64,000 bases of DNA from Flexithrix dorotheae DSM 6795 (GTDB lineage: Bacteria > Bacteroidota > Bacteroidia > Cytophagales > Flammeovirgaceae): positions 14,027 through 78,026 of the forward strand of contig NZ_KB903448.1 of NCBI RefSeq assembly GCF_000379765.1, written 5' to 3'. The notes beneath the pieces are model-generated. The model was not told where the DNA came from, did not search any database, and saw nothing but the letters and a program-made list of their open reading frames with translations. The translations under genes were made by a program, and so were the position numbers. Positions 28,601 to 37,520 of this stretch are shown here, one piece after another (the first letter of the stretch is position 1; each line of letters starts with the position of its first letter).

Positions 28601-30682
28601 TTTTACATTATTCAGGTTCGCATAAATCTCGGAAATCCGCTCAATAATTTCTGTAGTTTTGGTAGAATCCTGAATTTTCAGATTACTGACAATATCAATT
28701 AGCAATTCCAAATCACTGCCCAATTGGTCAATGGTTTCTCCAAGCTTTTCCGCCTCATTTACCGTTTCTACCTTGGCAATACCTTCTTTCTGAATCCCTA
28801 CTTGCTGAATATAATGCTCCAGGGAATCATCACGCAACAGAAATTCTACACATTTCTCAGAAAGTTTCTCCGATTTTTCTTTTATCGATAATTCATATTT
28901 TTCTACCAGTTCTTCATCCACATAGCGCAAATCTTTTAGGGAAATCACCTCTCCGCTCGCCATTCGGAAGTCCGCCAGAAACTTCACAAACTCATCAATA
29001 TCCTTAAAAATTTTCCGGTCAACTTCTTTGAGTAAAGCCTCAACTTTTTCCGAAACCCGCTTCACTTCCGCACTGGTATTTTCCTTTACTTTAGTAACCT
29101 TATCAAATTCATCGATGGCCGAGGTTGCTGAATTTTTAATTTCTGCAATAGTTTCATCCAGCTGAAAAGCTTCTGCCTTATTCAGCCAAAAATAACTATC
29201 CAGAATTTCAGCCGATTTTTGGGCCAAGTCAATATACAATCCGGAATAAGAATCATCACGCTGGGTGAGGTTGAATAATTCATTGCAGGCCGCCATCGCT
29301 CCAACAATGTCCTTGTTTCCTACTTTGTACAAATAATTATCAGCCATGGCACTTGGCGCTTCATGATCAGGATGCAAATAAGGTGTTTGCCAAACCTGCA
29401 AAGCATGTTGTTTTTTAGGGTTATGATCGGCTTTAAAATAAACCATTTCCCCATTGAAAAAGAGGGAATAACCACTACAGGTAATCGGTGTTTCTACCTT
29501 TTGGCCAATCACATTATAGGAAAGCAATATATAATCCCCCGATTCCTGGCTGTAGAATACAAATAAAAAATCTTCTCCGTTGGGAGAGGGAATTTTCTGC
29601 TCAAACCGCATGTCGGTTAATTGACTATCAAAAATTTTAAGCTCTCCACTTTGCAAATAATAGCCATTGGAAAAAATAATCCCCTGCTCATCGGGAAGCA
29701 GAATACAGGCATCATTTATGGCATCAATTCTTTTAACTTCCCCCAACTTTTCATTAAAAATCAGGTATCGGAAATCCTTTTCCTGATAGGGTTTGATTTT
29801 CATTAAAATCAGATTACCCAAATCGGCATAAAAGATCTCGGCATCATCCAGGGTTTGCATGGAATTCTCCACAGCTTCTTCATAAATTCCCCTTCCGGAA
29901 TCGGTATTATCCTCCACTTTTACGGTAAGATCACCACCAATGGTTTCTACAAAAACCCTATCCAAAATGGAAATATGGGGATATTTCCCTTCCCTGTGTA
30001 AATCTCTGTGGGTTCTTTTCCACTCAAACTCATGCTGGGCGGGAAATCTTATTTCATGGTCACTTCTGTTGTCAACATATTTCAGGTGCTTGCCTTCAAT
30101 CACAAATTTAAAGGCCTTAATATCCGTTTTGTTTTTCCCAATTCTAAACTTAAAATAAAGATTAGGACCGATAATGATAAACTTCTCAAAAGTGGTTTCT
30201 TTGTAATATTTATAAAGTTCACGAAAGTCTGTTTCAAAACGCTTGTCATGAATTAAATCCAGTCCTTTTTCATGGAAAGAATGATCAGCAGAATGGTATT
30301 CATAGACATTAAAAACATCGGCTAAATTCATCTCCGTTTTCAAACCCATGTGCACGTTGTACCCAAAAATGAACTGGTTGCCAATAGGCACCATGTCCCG
30401 GGCGATACAATTATTGGAAGTGGCAATTCGCTCCGTACCCAGCAGTTTTGTTTCAATTGATCCAAAAACTTTTTTCCGGGATTGATTAAGCTTTTCCAAC
30501 CGGGAATTTAACTCAAGCCCCTGTTTTTCAAGTCTTTTTCTAATGATTTCATAAGTCCCACCTTCCAGCTTCACTTCCTCATTTTGTATATTTTCTGTAT
30601 GATCTTCAGCCATTTTATCTTTAAGCTTTTTTACAGATGATTTGTTATCTATGTTTCTTTGCCTTCTGGCTAAAGTTTGCAA
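25670..30682 (-). CDS. Giant (1670 aa) coiled-coil protein with C-terminal AAA_5 (dynein/MoxR/McrB-type) ATPase module. Often auto-annotated 'DNA repair ATPase', but function is unknown.
   Basis: N-terminal ~450 aa is beta-rich. Residues ~480-1150 are highly charged heptad-like coiled coil. Walker A is LVSPPGYGKTT, Walker B is VMIYLDDIQH, and sensor-1 is VVMAGNP. A helical C-terminal tail of ~300 aa ends in GGGE. Confidence 0.8.
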   Translation of the reverse strand: MQTLARRQRNIDNKSSVKKLKDKMAEDHTENIQNEEVKLEGGTYEIIRKRLEKQGLELNSRLEKLNQSRKKVFGSIETKLLGTERIATSNNCIARDMVPIGNQFIFGYNVHMGLKTEMNLADVFNVYEYHSADHSFHEKGLDLIHDKRFETDFRELYKYYKETTFEKFIIIGPNLYFKFRIGKNKTDIKAFKFVIEGKHLKYVDNRSDHEIRFPAQHEFEWKRTHRDLHREGKYPHISILDRVFVETIGGDLTVKVEDNTDSGRGIYEEAVENSMQTLDDAEIFYADLGNLILMKIKPYQEKDFRYLIFNEKLGEVKRIDAINDACILLPDEQGIIFSNGYYLQSGELKIFDSQLTDMRFEQKIPSPNGEDFLFVFYSQESGDYILLSYNVIGQKVETPITCSGYSLFFNGEMVYFKADHNPKKQHALQVWQTPYLHPDHEAPSAMADNYLYKVGNKDIVGAMAACNELFNLTQRDDSYSGLYIDLAQKSAEILDSYFWLNKAEAFQLDETIAEIKNSATSAIDEFDKVTKVKENTSAEVKRVSEKVEALLKEVDRKIFKDIDEFVKFLADFRMASGEVISLKDLRYVDEELVEKYELSIKEKSEKLSEKCVEFLLRDDSLEHYIQQVGIQKEGIAKVETVNEAEKLGETIDQLGSDLELLIDIVSNLKIQDSTKTTEIIERISEIYANLNNVKAQLRNKRKELLSTEAVAEFNAQLKLMNQAVVNYIEVSDTPEKCEEYLTKLMVKVEELEGKFADFDEFIVELTEKRSEIYNAFEAKKLNLIEARNKKANALMSAAERILKGVKSKVGTLPTLNEINGYFASDLMIEKVREIIKQLTDLDDAVKSDDIQSRLKTLKEDSIRQLKDKNELFVDGENVIKFGRHKFSVNVQEFDLSIVPKNGEMFYHLAGTNFFEKVENEAFLATKSVWNQSLISENKDVYRAEYLAWQILKDFIKGDLEANLKDLPKKEFLEFVQKYMAPRYHEGYVKGLHDQDTALILWDLLDLHQQMGLLRYDTNSRACAAFYWHHLAAAEKKNILGHQIKGIGIILKVFPDSREYQEVLEDLMEDMETKISPTELFDTELISSAAEYLFFELCHNDEFVISKEAADIWHGFHDFIKRQKVVKAYEQSLKELEEAPIERFQLIKNWIKAYLKNAATDLGVIGAEKFIDEVAGLLYSGSFQPKLVVEVASTRKLSKLAGDHSVIEKGEYLLDYNQFERKLTDFEKHAVPKFQQFEALKKSLTAEFKSQIRLDEFKPRVLTSFVRNRLIDEVYLPLIGDNLAKQIGVVGDQKRTDLMGMLLLVSPPGYGKTTLMEYIANRLGVIFMKINGPAIGHQVTSIDPGEAKNATSREELKKLNLAFEMGDNVMIYLDDIQHCNPEFLQKFISLCDGQRKIEGVYKGVTRTYDMRGKKVCVVMAGNPYTESGEKFQIPDMLANRADTYNLGDIIGGSDEAFKLSYIENSLTSNSVLSKLTGKSKKDIYTIIRLAKTDNREGISFESNISAEELNEYVSVMKKLLIVQEVILKVNLQYIDSAAQEDDFRTEPAFKLQGSYRNMNKLAEKIFSVMNDKELETLLLSHYENESQTLTSGAEANLLKFKELVGKLGEEEAKRWVEIKTKFQKNQRFKGMGNQDQMTQVLMQMTSFTDGLEGIKNVLEQAAKQRKNGGGE

Positions 30683-30807
30683 CTTTAGTCTTACAAATAA
30701 AAGCCAGTTTTTAACTGGCTATGCAATTCAGGAAAGTTGCAAACTTTCCTTTATTAAAAGGCTTAAGTAATCGCTTCGCTTGATACTTAAGCCAGGTCGT
30801 AATTAAA

Positions 30808-30893
30808 CCTCCCCCTAACCCCCTTAGCGAGGGGGAATTACATCTTATCTCCCCTTCTGGAAGTGGTTCGGCATTCCGAGGTTGGGGGAAGGT
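30808..30893. repeat. GC-rich ~85-bp element with terminal inverted repeats, copy 1 (cctcccc...ggggaagg)
   Basis: Shares its termini and the internal ggcattccg.gg...gggg.agg block with the copy at 37521-37603. Strongly GC-rich against an AT-rich background. Confidence 0.6.
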
Positions 30894-30904
30894 TATTAAA
30901 ATAC

Positions 30905-33097
30905 CTAAGCCTTAAAAACTCCAAGGGAATCAATGGCTACATTGGCCATTCCCGAGTTCCTTGCCTTTTCGAAAATATCTTCCAAAGTGGATTTTGCTCC
31001 AGGATCATCTGTCATTTTAATTAATTTGCTGAGCAAGGCAGCCACGCTCAGGTTTTTAATATCATTGGTTGTCAAGCCGAATTGTTGGATATAACCTTTA
31101 ATATTTTCAATTATATTACCATCACCATTGGTCAGCAGGTTATTTTTTACATCCTTAAGCACTTCACTGTTATTCACATAACCATCTACAGATTTACCAT
31201 TAGAAATAGATTGCACAATTTTCTCGAAGAACATGGTTTCGCCACCAACGATATCAATTTTCGCAGATTTCAATCCTTCAGCCAATACATCTGCCTGTGC
31301 CTTGGCGATATCTTTTTGTGCTGCAATCTTCGCCAATTCAATTTCCTTATTGGTATTCAAATTCAATCTGAATTCTTCCAATTCTCTGGCCACCCCATCC
31401 ATGGCCTGAACAGCTTCTGCTTCTGCTTTAATTCTATCTGCTTCCACAATTGCTTTTTTCTTCATCACTTCTGCTTCGGCAAATCCTTCTTTCTCTTTTG
31501 CCACTGCTTTAGCTTCCAGTCCTTTCGCTTCTGCTATCGATTTCACCTCAATGATCTCGGCTTCGACTTTACCTTTATCCTGCATCACCTTAGCTTCAGC
31601 AGCTCCCTGCTTCTCAATTGCAGCTGATTTTACTTCAATTCCTTTGGCTTCGGCAATCATTTTCTTTTCAATTAATCTGGCTTCCACTTCGCCTTCCAAT
31701 TCATGTGATTTGGCTTTGGCTTCCATCACCTTAGCTTCAGCAAGTCCATCAGCTGCAGATTCTACTACTTTTGCATCCGCCAGGATTTTCTTCGAATCTG
31801 CTTGTTTCTCGGAAGCCTGCAATTGCGCATTCGCTTCTACCATGACTTGCTTAGCCTTAATTTCCGATGCTTTGTGAGCAGCTTCAGCCGCTTTTAATTG
31901 TTCTACCAATGCCTCTTCTGCATTTTTCTCAGCATTTGTGATGGCTACTTTTTTGTTTCTATCAGCCTCTGCATATGCCTTAGTATCCTTAATTTTCTCC
32001 TCCTCTTCTACTACCGCTTTTTCCACTACAACTCTCTCTCTAATCACATCCTGAATATTTCTTTTCTCCTCTTCTACCGCTTTTTCTTTATCAATTTTGG
32101 CCAATTCTACCACTTTCTCTCTTTCATTAGCTTCCAGTTCTTTTTCTTTCTGGATGCGCTCATCCTCAATAACTTCGGTTCTTTGTTTATTTTTCTCAGC
32201 CACCAACACCTGTCTTTCTTTGTTTTGCTGTGCAATTTCTATTTCTTCATCAGTGGCTATTTTGGCTCTTTCTGCCTTTAGTTTTTCTTCCTGCTCTACC
32301 TGGGCAGCAGCAGCATCTTCTCTGGATCTAATGATGGCAATTTCCCTTTTCTGTTTTTCTTCTGCCTCCGTTTGTTGTCTTTCCAGTTCTAATACTGTTT
32401 CTTTTGCTTCTACATCCTGTTTTTTAATTCTCTTCACCTCATCATTTCTGATTAAGTTTGCCTGAATTTTTTGAGAAGCGGTTAATTCAGTAATTTTCTT
32501 AATACCCTCAGAGTCCATGATATTATCAGGGTTCAGGTTACTTACAGATGTTTGTTCAAGATAATCAATCGCACAATCATCCAAAACATAACCATTCAGA
32601 TCCGTACCAATAATATTCAGAATTTCTTTTTTGAACTGCTCTCTTGAGGTATAAAGCTCTACAAAATCAAACCGTTTACCCACTGTTTTTAATGCTTCTG
32701 AAAATTTGGCTTCAAATAAATTCACCAGTAATTCTGTATCTGATGCTCTGTCTGTACCAATGGCTTGTGCTACTTTTTTCACATCTTCTTCATTGTTATT
32801 TACCCTTACAAAAAAGACCACTTTGATATCTGCCCTTAAATTATCCTTGCAAATTAATCCTTCTTTGCCAGCCCTTTGGATTTCCACACTCTTTAGGGAA
32901 ATATCCATCATTTCCATCCTATGAAATACTGGTATAACTGTAATGCCATTGAAAGAGATTTTTATGCCTCCAGCTCCTGTTTTTACAAGGGCTTTTCCCT
33001 GTGGGACCTTCTTATAACAGGTTACGAAAAAAATTACTATTCCAAATACTATCACTGCCACTACAATGATACTGCTGAATAATGCTCCTGATATCAT
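30905..33097 (-). CDS. Flotillin (SPFH/band-7 domain with EA-repeat coiled coil; YqiK/FloT-like)
   Basis: N-terminal TM, SPFH domain (KVPQGKALVKTGAGG...), then long A/E/K-rich repeats (AEAKVMEAKAK...) typical of flotillins. Confidence 0.85.
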   Translation of the reverse strand: MISGALFSSIIVVAVIVFGIVIFFVTCYKKVPQGKALVKTGAGGIKISFNGITVIPVFHRMEMMDISLKSVEIQRAGKEGLICKDNLRADIKVVFFVRVNNNEEDVKKVAQAIGTDRASDTELLVNLFEAKFSEALKTVGKRFDFVELYTSREQFKKEILNIIGTDLNGYVLDDCAIDYLEQTSVSNLNPDNIMDSEGIKKITELTASQKIQANLIRNDEVKRIKKQDVEAKETVLELERQQTEAEEKQKREIAIIRSREDAAAAQVEQEEKLKAERAKIATDEEIEIAQQNKERQVLVAEKNKQRTEVIEDERIQKEKELEANEREKVVELAKIDKEKAVEEEKRNIQDVIRERVVVEKAVVEEEEKIKDTKAYAEADRNKKVAITNAEKNAEEALVEQLKAAEAAHKASEIKAKQVMVEANAQLQASEKQADSKKILADAKVVESAADGLAEAKVMEAKAKSHELEGEVEARLIEKKMIAEAKGIEVKSAAIEKQGAAEAKVMQDKGKVEAEIIEVKSIAEAKGLEAKAVAKEKEGFAEAEVMKKKAIVEADRIKAEAEAVQAMDGVARELEEFRLNLNTNKEIELAKIAAQKDIAKAQADVLAEGLKSAKIDIVGGETMFFEKIVQSISNGKSVDGYVNNSEVLKDVKNNLLTNGDGNIIENIKGYIQQFGLTTNDIKNLSVAALLSKLIKMTDDPGAKSTLEDIFEKARNSGMANVAIDSLGVFKA

Positions 33098-33156
33098 ATT
33101 TTATTTTATTAAGAATTTATATTTGATTAGATTTTACACAAACACCTGAAATTGAA

Positions 33157-33801
33157 CTAATTATAAGGCTCAACCATATAGAAATTTTTATCACTGTTAT
33201 ATTCCAGAATCAATCCATTTGATCCCTTATCGAGAATGTTATCACCATTTGCTTTAATATTAATTAGCTGTGTGGATTGTTTAGTTACCACCTCTGCCTG
33301 TCCTAAACTATTAGCATCTGCCGAAATAATCACTTTACAGATTTTTCCGACCACTCTAGTATCTTCCTCTTTTTCAGCCAAATGAAAAAGTTTCATAATT
33401 GGATAAGTCGCAAACTTTGTTAGAAATAAGCAACCAATAAAAATGGGGATAAATAAACCCAAAGCAATTAACCATGAGGAATTTCCCAAATAGTGGTTGG
33501 CCAATATGGAGGAAACCCACATAAAAAGGGATAGAAAACTAAAAATAATCATAAAGGGGACTTCTCCGAAATTGAAGAAATGTAGCACCTGGCCAATCCC
33601 AAAACTACCTGTATCCATATCAGCATCCACCTCAGCATCAATATCTACATCAACGTCAATATCTACATCGATATCCACATCAAATGAACTAATATCAAAT
33701 ACTCCAATGATTACCGTAAACCAATACAGCATGGTAAGCACCATCAGAAAGGTATAGAATATATTTACCGGTAATAAGGCAGCCTGAAGAAATTCTATCA
33801 T
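33157..33801 (-). CDS. NfeD/YqiJ-like membrane protein (flotillin partner)
   Basis: Multi-TM N-terminus and a C-terminal OB-fold-like segment (VVGKICKVIIS...AEVV) as in NfeD. Contains an unusual (DV/DI)n acidic stretch. Sits immediately upstream of flotillin, as in yqiJ-yqiK and yuaF-floT. Confidence 0.65.
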   Translation of the reverse strand: MIEFLQAALLPVNIFYTFLMVLTMLYWFTVIIGVFDISSFDVDIDVDIDVDVDIDAEVDADMDTGSFGIGQVLHFFNFGEVPFMIIFSFLSLFMWVSSILANHYLGNSSWLIALGLFIPIFIGCLFLTKFATYPIMKLFHLAEKEEDTRVVGKICKVIISADANSLGQAEVVTKQSTQLINIKANGDNILDKGSNGLILEYNSDKNFYMVEPYN

Positions 33802-34090
33802 GACTTGTAGTGTAAAGTGGTTTAAAATTAATTTTCAGTTGGTCTATGATTTTCTCCTTTTTATAACCATAGAAGGTTTTAACCATGGTAAATTTGACCA
33901 AACACAATTGGTAAATTCATGAAATTATATGGTTAAACAAAAACTTAATCTGGTCTATCTGAAATTTTAAAAGTAGGTCCGTAATTTCGATAATTTATTA
34001 CAATTCTCCTTTAAAAATTTTTTCTTTTTTTTCCAGTCAAATTTCTTTTTCATAAAAATCACCTATTCCAAACGAAACCCCAATAACGGA

Positions 34091-34333
34091 TTATATAAGC
34101 GATAGCAGAAAAATTATTGCAGTAACTACATAAACACTATTGATTATCAGATCTACCTGTTTCCTTGCTGTAATTATGGCATTTAATTTTTGTTTTGGCG
34201 AAAAACTAATTCTCCTGTTGTTCCCTACTTTATTTTTTTTTAAAATCATTTTATTCCTTTTCTCTGCCAAATCGGCAAATGGCGGGTGGAGGATATCTTT
34301 GTAGTTAGTCACTTTTACCTGGGCAAAACTCAT
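34091..34333 (-). CDS. Possible small membrane protein (80 aa)
   Basis: ORF with a basic N-terminus and a C-terminal TM (VYVVTAIIFLLSLI), in an otherwise ~770-bp intergenic region. Could be spurious. Confidence 0.25.
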   Translation of the reverse strand: MSFAQVKVTNYKDILHPPFADLAEKRNKMILKKNKVGNNRRISFSPKQKLNAIITARKQVDLIINSVYVVTAIIFLLSLI

Positions 34334-34574
34334 AGCTGGTCGATATTTATATCCTGAAAGATTACAAAAGATTTTTTTTAATTAGTTGAATAATCCTGTT
34401 TTTTATTACACCGATTCGTATAATAATTCCATAAATTAGTGATAACCAACTGATTTACAGACGAAATTAATTCCAACACTTCAGATTTAATCTCAAAAAA
34501 GTACAATAAATCCTTAATCTTTCGTAATTTGGAAACACTTTTTCCAAATAACAATTAAGCCTGACTAGTATCCA

Positions 34575-36956
34575 ATGAAATTCTCAATATCTTATATGAC
34601 CAAGCGGATAAGGCATAAGCTAATTCTTTATTTCTTATTAATAGGGACTGTTCCACTCTCCATTGCCCTTTGGATGGAATACAAAGTGGTAGTCAATAGT
34701 GTGGAAGAAGATGCTTACAACCACTTGAAAAGTGTTAGAGAAATTAAAAAAACAGCGATTGAAGATTATTTTTTCCAACTGAAGGAAGAAGTGAATTTTT
34801 TAGGTAAAAGCCGGATGATTACCGATGCCATGGCCAACTTCAATATGCACTTTCACAATATCAATGAAAATGTAATCAATAAAGAATTTACCAAAGGTGT
34901 AAGGCATTATTATAATGATATTTATCTCACACAATTATCCGAGTTTAAAAAAGAGGAAAAGGAAAAATTGTTTTACGATATTTATCCTACCAACCATAAA
35001 ACCCTGTTTTTTCAATATAACTATATCTCTAACTGGGGAGTAATTAAGGAGCAATTTCCTTACAAAAGTGTACATGATTATTTCCACCCGGATATTTCAC
35101 GCTCTATAGAATACTTTGGTTTTGATGACCTTTATCTCATTGATCCTCACACAGGTTACATTGTGTACTCAGCAGCAAAAAAAGTGGATTATGCAACCAG
35201 TTTGACTAAAGGACCATTTGAAAAATCGAGTTTGGGAAAGATTTTCAAAATTGTGTTGAATAATCCGGCTGGTCAGAGCATTCAGTATTACGATTTTGAG
35301 CAATATCTACCTTCATTTAATGCTCCGGTAGCTTTTATGGGTACTCAGATCATAAAAGACGGAAAGTTAATTGGAGTGCTTGTAGTGCAAATCCCTATCG
35401 ACAAAATCAATGGGGTAATGGCGGGTGATGGCAACTGGCAACAAGCAGGAATGGGGGATTCAGGAGAAAGTTATCTGGTGGGTAGTGACATGAAAATGCG
35501 TTCTGATTCCCGATTTATTATTGAAAACCGGGCCGCCATATTTTCAGAAGATGCGGACGAAGTTGATTTACAGAAACAGGTCTCCAGCATGACCAGTCCT
35601 CAGCATACCTCAGTATTGTATCAGCAAGTCAATTCAGAGGCCGTAAAAGAAGCTCTTGCAGGAAATACCGGAGTAATTTCTACTACAAATTACCTTGGTA
35701 AAAAAGTTCTCAGTTGCTATACCCCAATTCAAACAGAAGACCTTCATTGGGCCTTGATTTCCGAAATGGAAGAAGGGGAAGTATTCGATCTGGTTTCAGG
35801 ACTAAAATACAGGTTATTGGGACTCATTCTGATTATTTCCATAATTGTAACCGCCTGTGCTTTGGTAATCGCCTACCGCATTGCCTCTCCAATTTTGCAA
35901 TTGGCCAAAGGAAGTAAAAAACTAGCCACTGGAGATTTCAATATTCAACTTGAAGTGAAATCGGATGATGAAATTGGCTACCTGACCAAAATGTTTAATA
36001 TGATGGCCATTTCTCTGGAAGAGAAAAAGAATGATATTTTAAGGAAAAATGCTGCTTTAGAACAGCAAAAAGAGGAAATTGAAGCGCAAAGAGATGATAT
36101 TGAAATCAGGACAAACCAACTGGCTAAAGCTTATAAGGACATCAGGGGAAGTATTAATTATGCCCAAAGAATTCAAAAAGCAAAATTGCCACAATTTGAA
36201 AATTTACAAAAACTGATTCCCGATTCCTTTATTTTCTTTAAACCAAGAGATTTGGTAAGTGGAGATTTTTACTGGTTTTCAGAAATAGGCAACAAAATTA
36301 TCATTGCTGCTGTGGATTGTACGGGGCATGGTGTTCCCGGAGCTTTTATGAGTCTTATTGGTTCTGGTTTGCTGGATGAAATTGTGAACCAGAAAAAGAT
36401 TCTGAAACCCGAATTAATTCTCAAAAAAATGCATGAAGGGGTTCAGCAGGTTTTAAGGCAAAGGGAAACGGAAAACAGAGATGGCATGGATATGTCCTTG
36501 TGTGTGATTGACAGAAATCTACATAAAATGGAATTTGCAGGTGCTAAAAACCCACTGGTTTACATACAAAATGGGGAACTTCACCATATAAAAGGCGACA
36601 AACATCCAATTGGAGGCTTGCAAAAAGAAGACGAAAGAGTTTTTGGAAAACATGAAATTGACCTGGAACAGGAAACTACTTTCTACATTTTTTCTGATGG
36701 ATATCAGGATCAGTTTGGTGGTAGCCACAACAGGAAATTCATGATCAAAAACCTCAAAGAATTATTTCTTAAAATTCATCATTCCCCCATCAAAACCCAG
36801 CATCTTATTTTGGAAGAGAAAATTAACTCCTGGATGGGAGATGACCACAAACAACTAGATGATATTTTAATTATTGGATTCAGGATTGATCCTGAAAAAT
36901 TCTTCCCCACCAAAATCAACCTTAAGGATTACGTAAAATCTAATTTGATGCACTAA
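34575..36956 (+). CDS. Sensor PP2C-type serine phosphatase (Cache-like periplasmic domain, HAMP, SpoIIE)
   Basis: N-terminal TM, ~370-aa extracytoplasmic region, a second TM, HAMP (ASPILQLAKGSKKLATGDFN), a coiled coil, and a SpoIIE/PP2C domain (DFYWF...AAVDCTGHGVPGAFMS...SDGYQDQ). Confidence 0.8.
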   Translation: MKFSISYMTKRIRHKLILYFLLIGTVPLSIALWMEYKVVVNSVEEDAYNHLKSVREIKKTAIEDYFFQLKEEVNFLGKSRMITDAMANFNMHFHNINENVINKEFTKGVRHYYNDIYLTQLSEFKKEEKEKLFYDIYPTNHKTLFFQYNYISNWGVIKEQFPYKSVHDYFHPDISRSIEYFGFDDLYLIDPHTGYIVYSAAKKVDYATSLTKGPFEKSSLGKIFKIVLNNPAGQSIQYYDFEQYLPSFNAPVAFMGTQIIKDGKLIGVLVVQIPIDKINGVMAGDGNWQQAGMGDSGESYLVGSDMKMRSDSRFIIENRAAIFSEDADEVDLQKQVSSMTSPQHTSVLYQQVNSEAVKEALAGNTGVISTTNYLGKKVLSCYTPIQTEDLHWALISEMEEGEVFDLVSGLKYRLLGLILIISIIVTACALVIAYRIASPILQLAKGSKKLATGDFNIQLEVKSDDEIGYLTKMFNMMAISLEEKKNDILRKNAALEQQKEEIEAQRDDIEIRTNQLAKAYKDIRGSINYAQRIQKAKLPQFENLQKLIPDSFIFFKPRDLVSGDFYWFSEIGNKIIIAAVDCTGHGVPGAFMSLIGSGLLDEIVNQKKILKPELILKKMHEGVQQVLRQRETENRDGMDMSLCVIDRNLHKMEFAGAKNPLVYIQNGELHHIKGDKHPIGGLQKEDERVFGKHEIDLEQETTFYIFSDGYQDQFGGSHNRKFMIKNLKELFLKIHHSPIKTQHLILEEKINSWMGDDHKQLDDILIIGFRIDPEKFFPTKINLKDYVKSNLMH

Positions 36957-36984
36957 TTCATTTTATTTATTTCATTTAGAGAAA

Positions 36985-37017
36985 GGCTGCTCAAGTGTTC
37001 TGAAGCAGCTTTTTTAT
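36985..37017 (+). terminator. Probable intrinsic terminator after the SpoIIE-phosphatase gene
   Basis: ggctgct...agcagc stem followed by a T6 tract. Confidence 0.45.
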
Positions 37018-37126
37018 TCAATTTACATTTTCTTTAAAATTTTTTCTCTTTTTTGTCCGGATGTGTAAATCCTTTTCGTCATGTGGGTGAATTTTATTAA
37101 TTTATAACCCTAAAAACTTAGAAACT

Positions 37127-37474
37127 ATGAACGAATTTTTGTTATTATTCAGAGGAGGAGATGGTAGAGCTGTACAACAATCTCCTGATGAAATGCAGGC
37201 ACATATGCAGAAATGGGGCGCCTGGATGCACGGACTGGGCGAACAAGGAAAACTCCTTGGTGGACAACCTCTCAAAAATGAAGGAAAAGTATTGGAAAAA
37301 GGTGGTGAGGTAATCACCGATGGACCCTTTGCCGAGGGAAAAGAAATTGTAGGTGGTTATTTGTTAATCAAAGCAGAGAATTTTAATGAAGCTGTGGAGA
37401 TTTCCAAAGCATGTCCGATTTTTGAATTTGATGGCACCGTAGAAGTGAGAGAAATTCAACCAATGGATTTATAA
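37127..37474 (+). CDS. YciI/DGPF-domain protein
   Basis: The DGPFAEGKE motif and 115-aa size are typical of the YCII-related/DGPF family that pairs with COG4941 sigma factors. Confidence 0.65.
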   Translation: MNEFLLLFRGGDGRAVQQSPDEMQAHMQKWGAWMHGLGEQGKLLGGQPLKNEGKVLEKGGEVITDGPFAEGKEIVGGYLLIKAENFNEAVEISKACPIFEFDGTVEVREIQPMDL

Positions 37475-37520
37475 TTAGCAGGCAGTATTAAAAATCCAAA
37501 TTTTGCTTAGACTTTAATAT

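Noticed and set aside
25670-30682. Calling the giant protein an SMC/SbcC/Rad50 'DNA repair ATPase' or a dynamin-like GTPase
   Set aside because: The P-loop is of AAA_5 type with an NP sensor motif and sits C-terminal, unlike the N-terminal Walker A and C-terminal signature and Walker B of SMC/Rad50. No dynamin G1-G4 motifs are present in the N-terminal region.
31082-32465. Several long plus-strand ORFs (181, 108, 127, 122 aa) inside the flotillin gene
   Set aside because: They lie antisense to the highly repetitive GCT/GAA-rich flotillin coiled-coil region. Their translations are low-complexity (Phe/Ser/Leu/Cys runs) with no motifs, so they are artefacts of the repeat.
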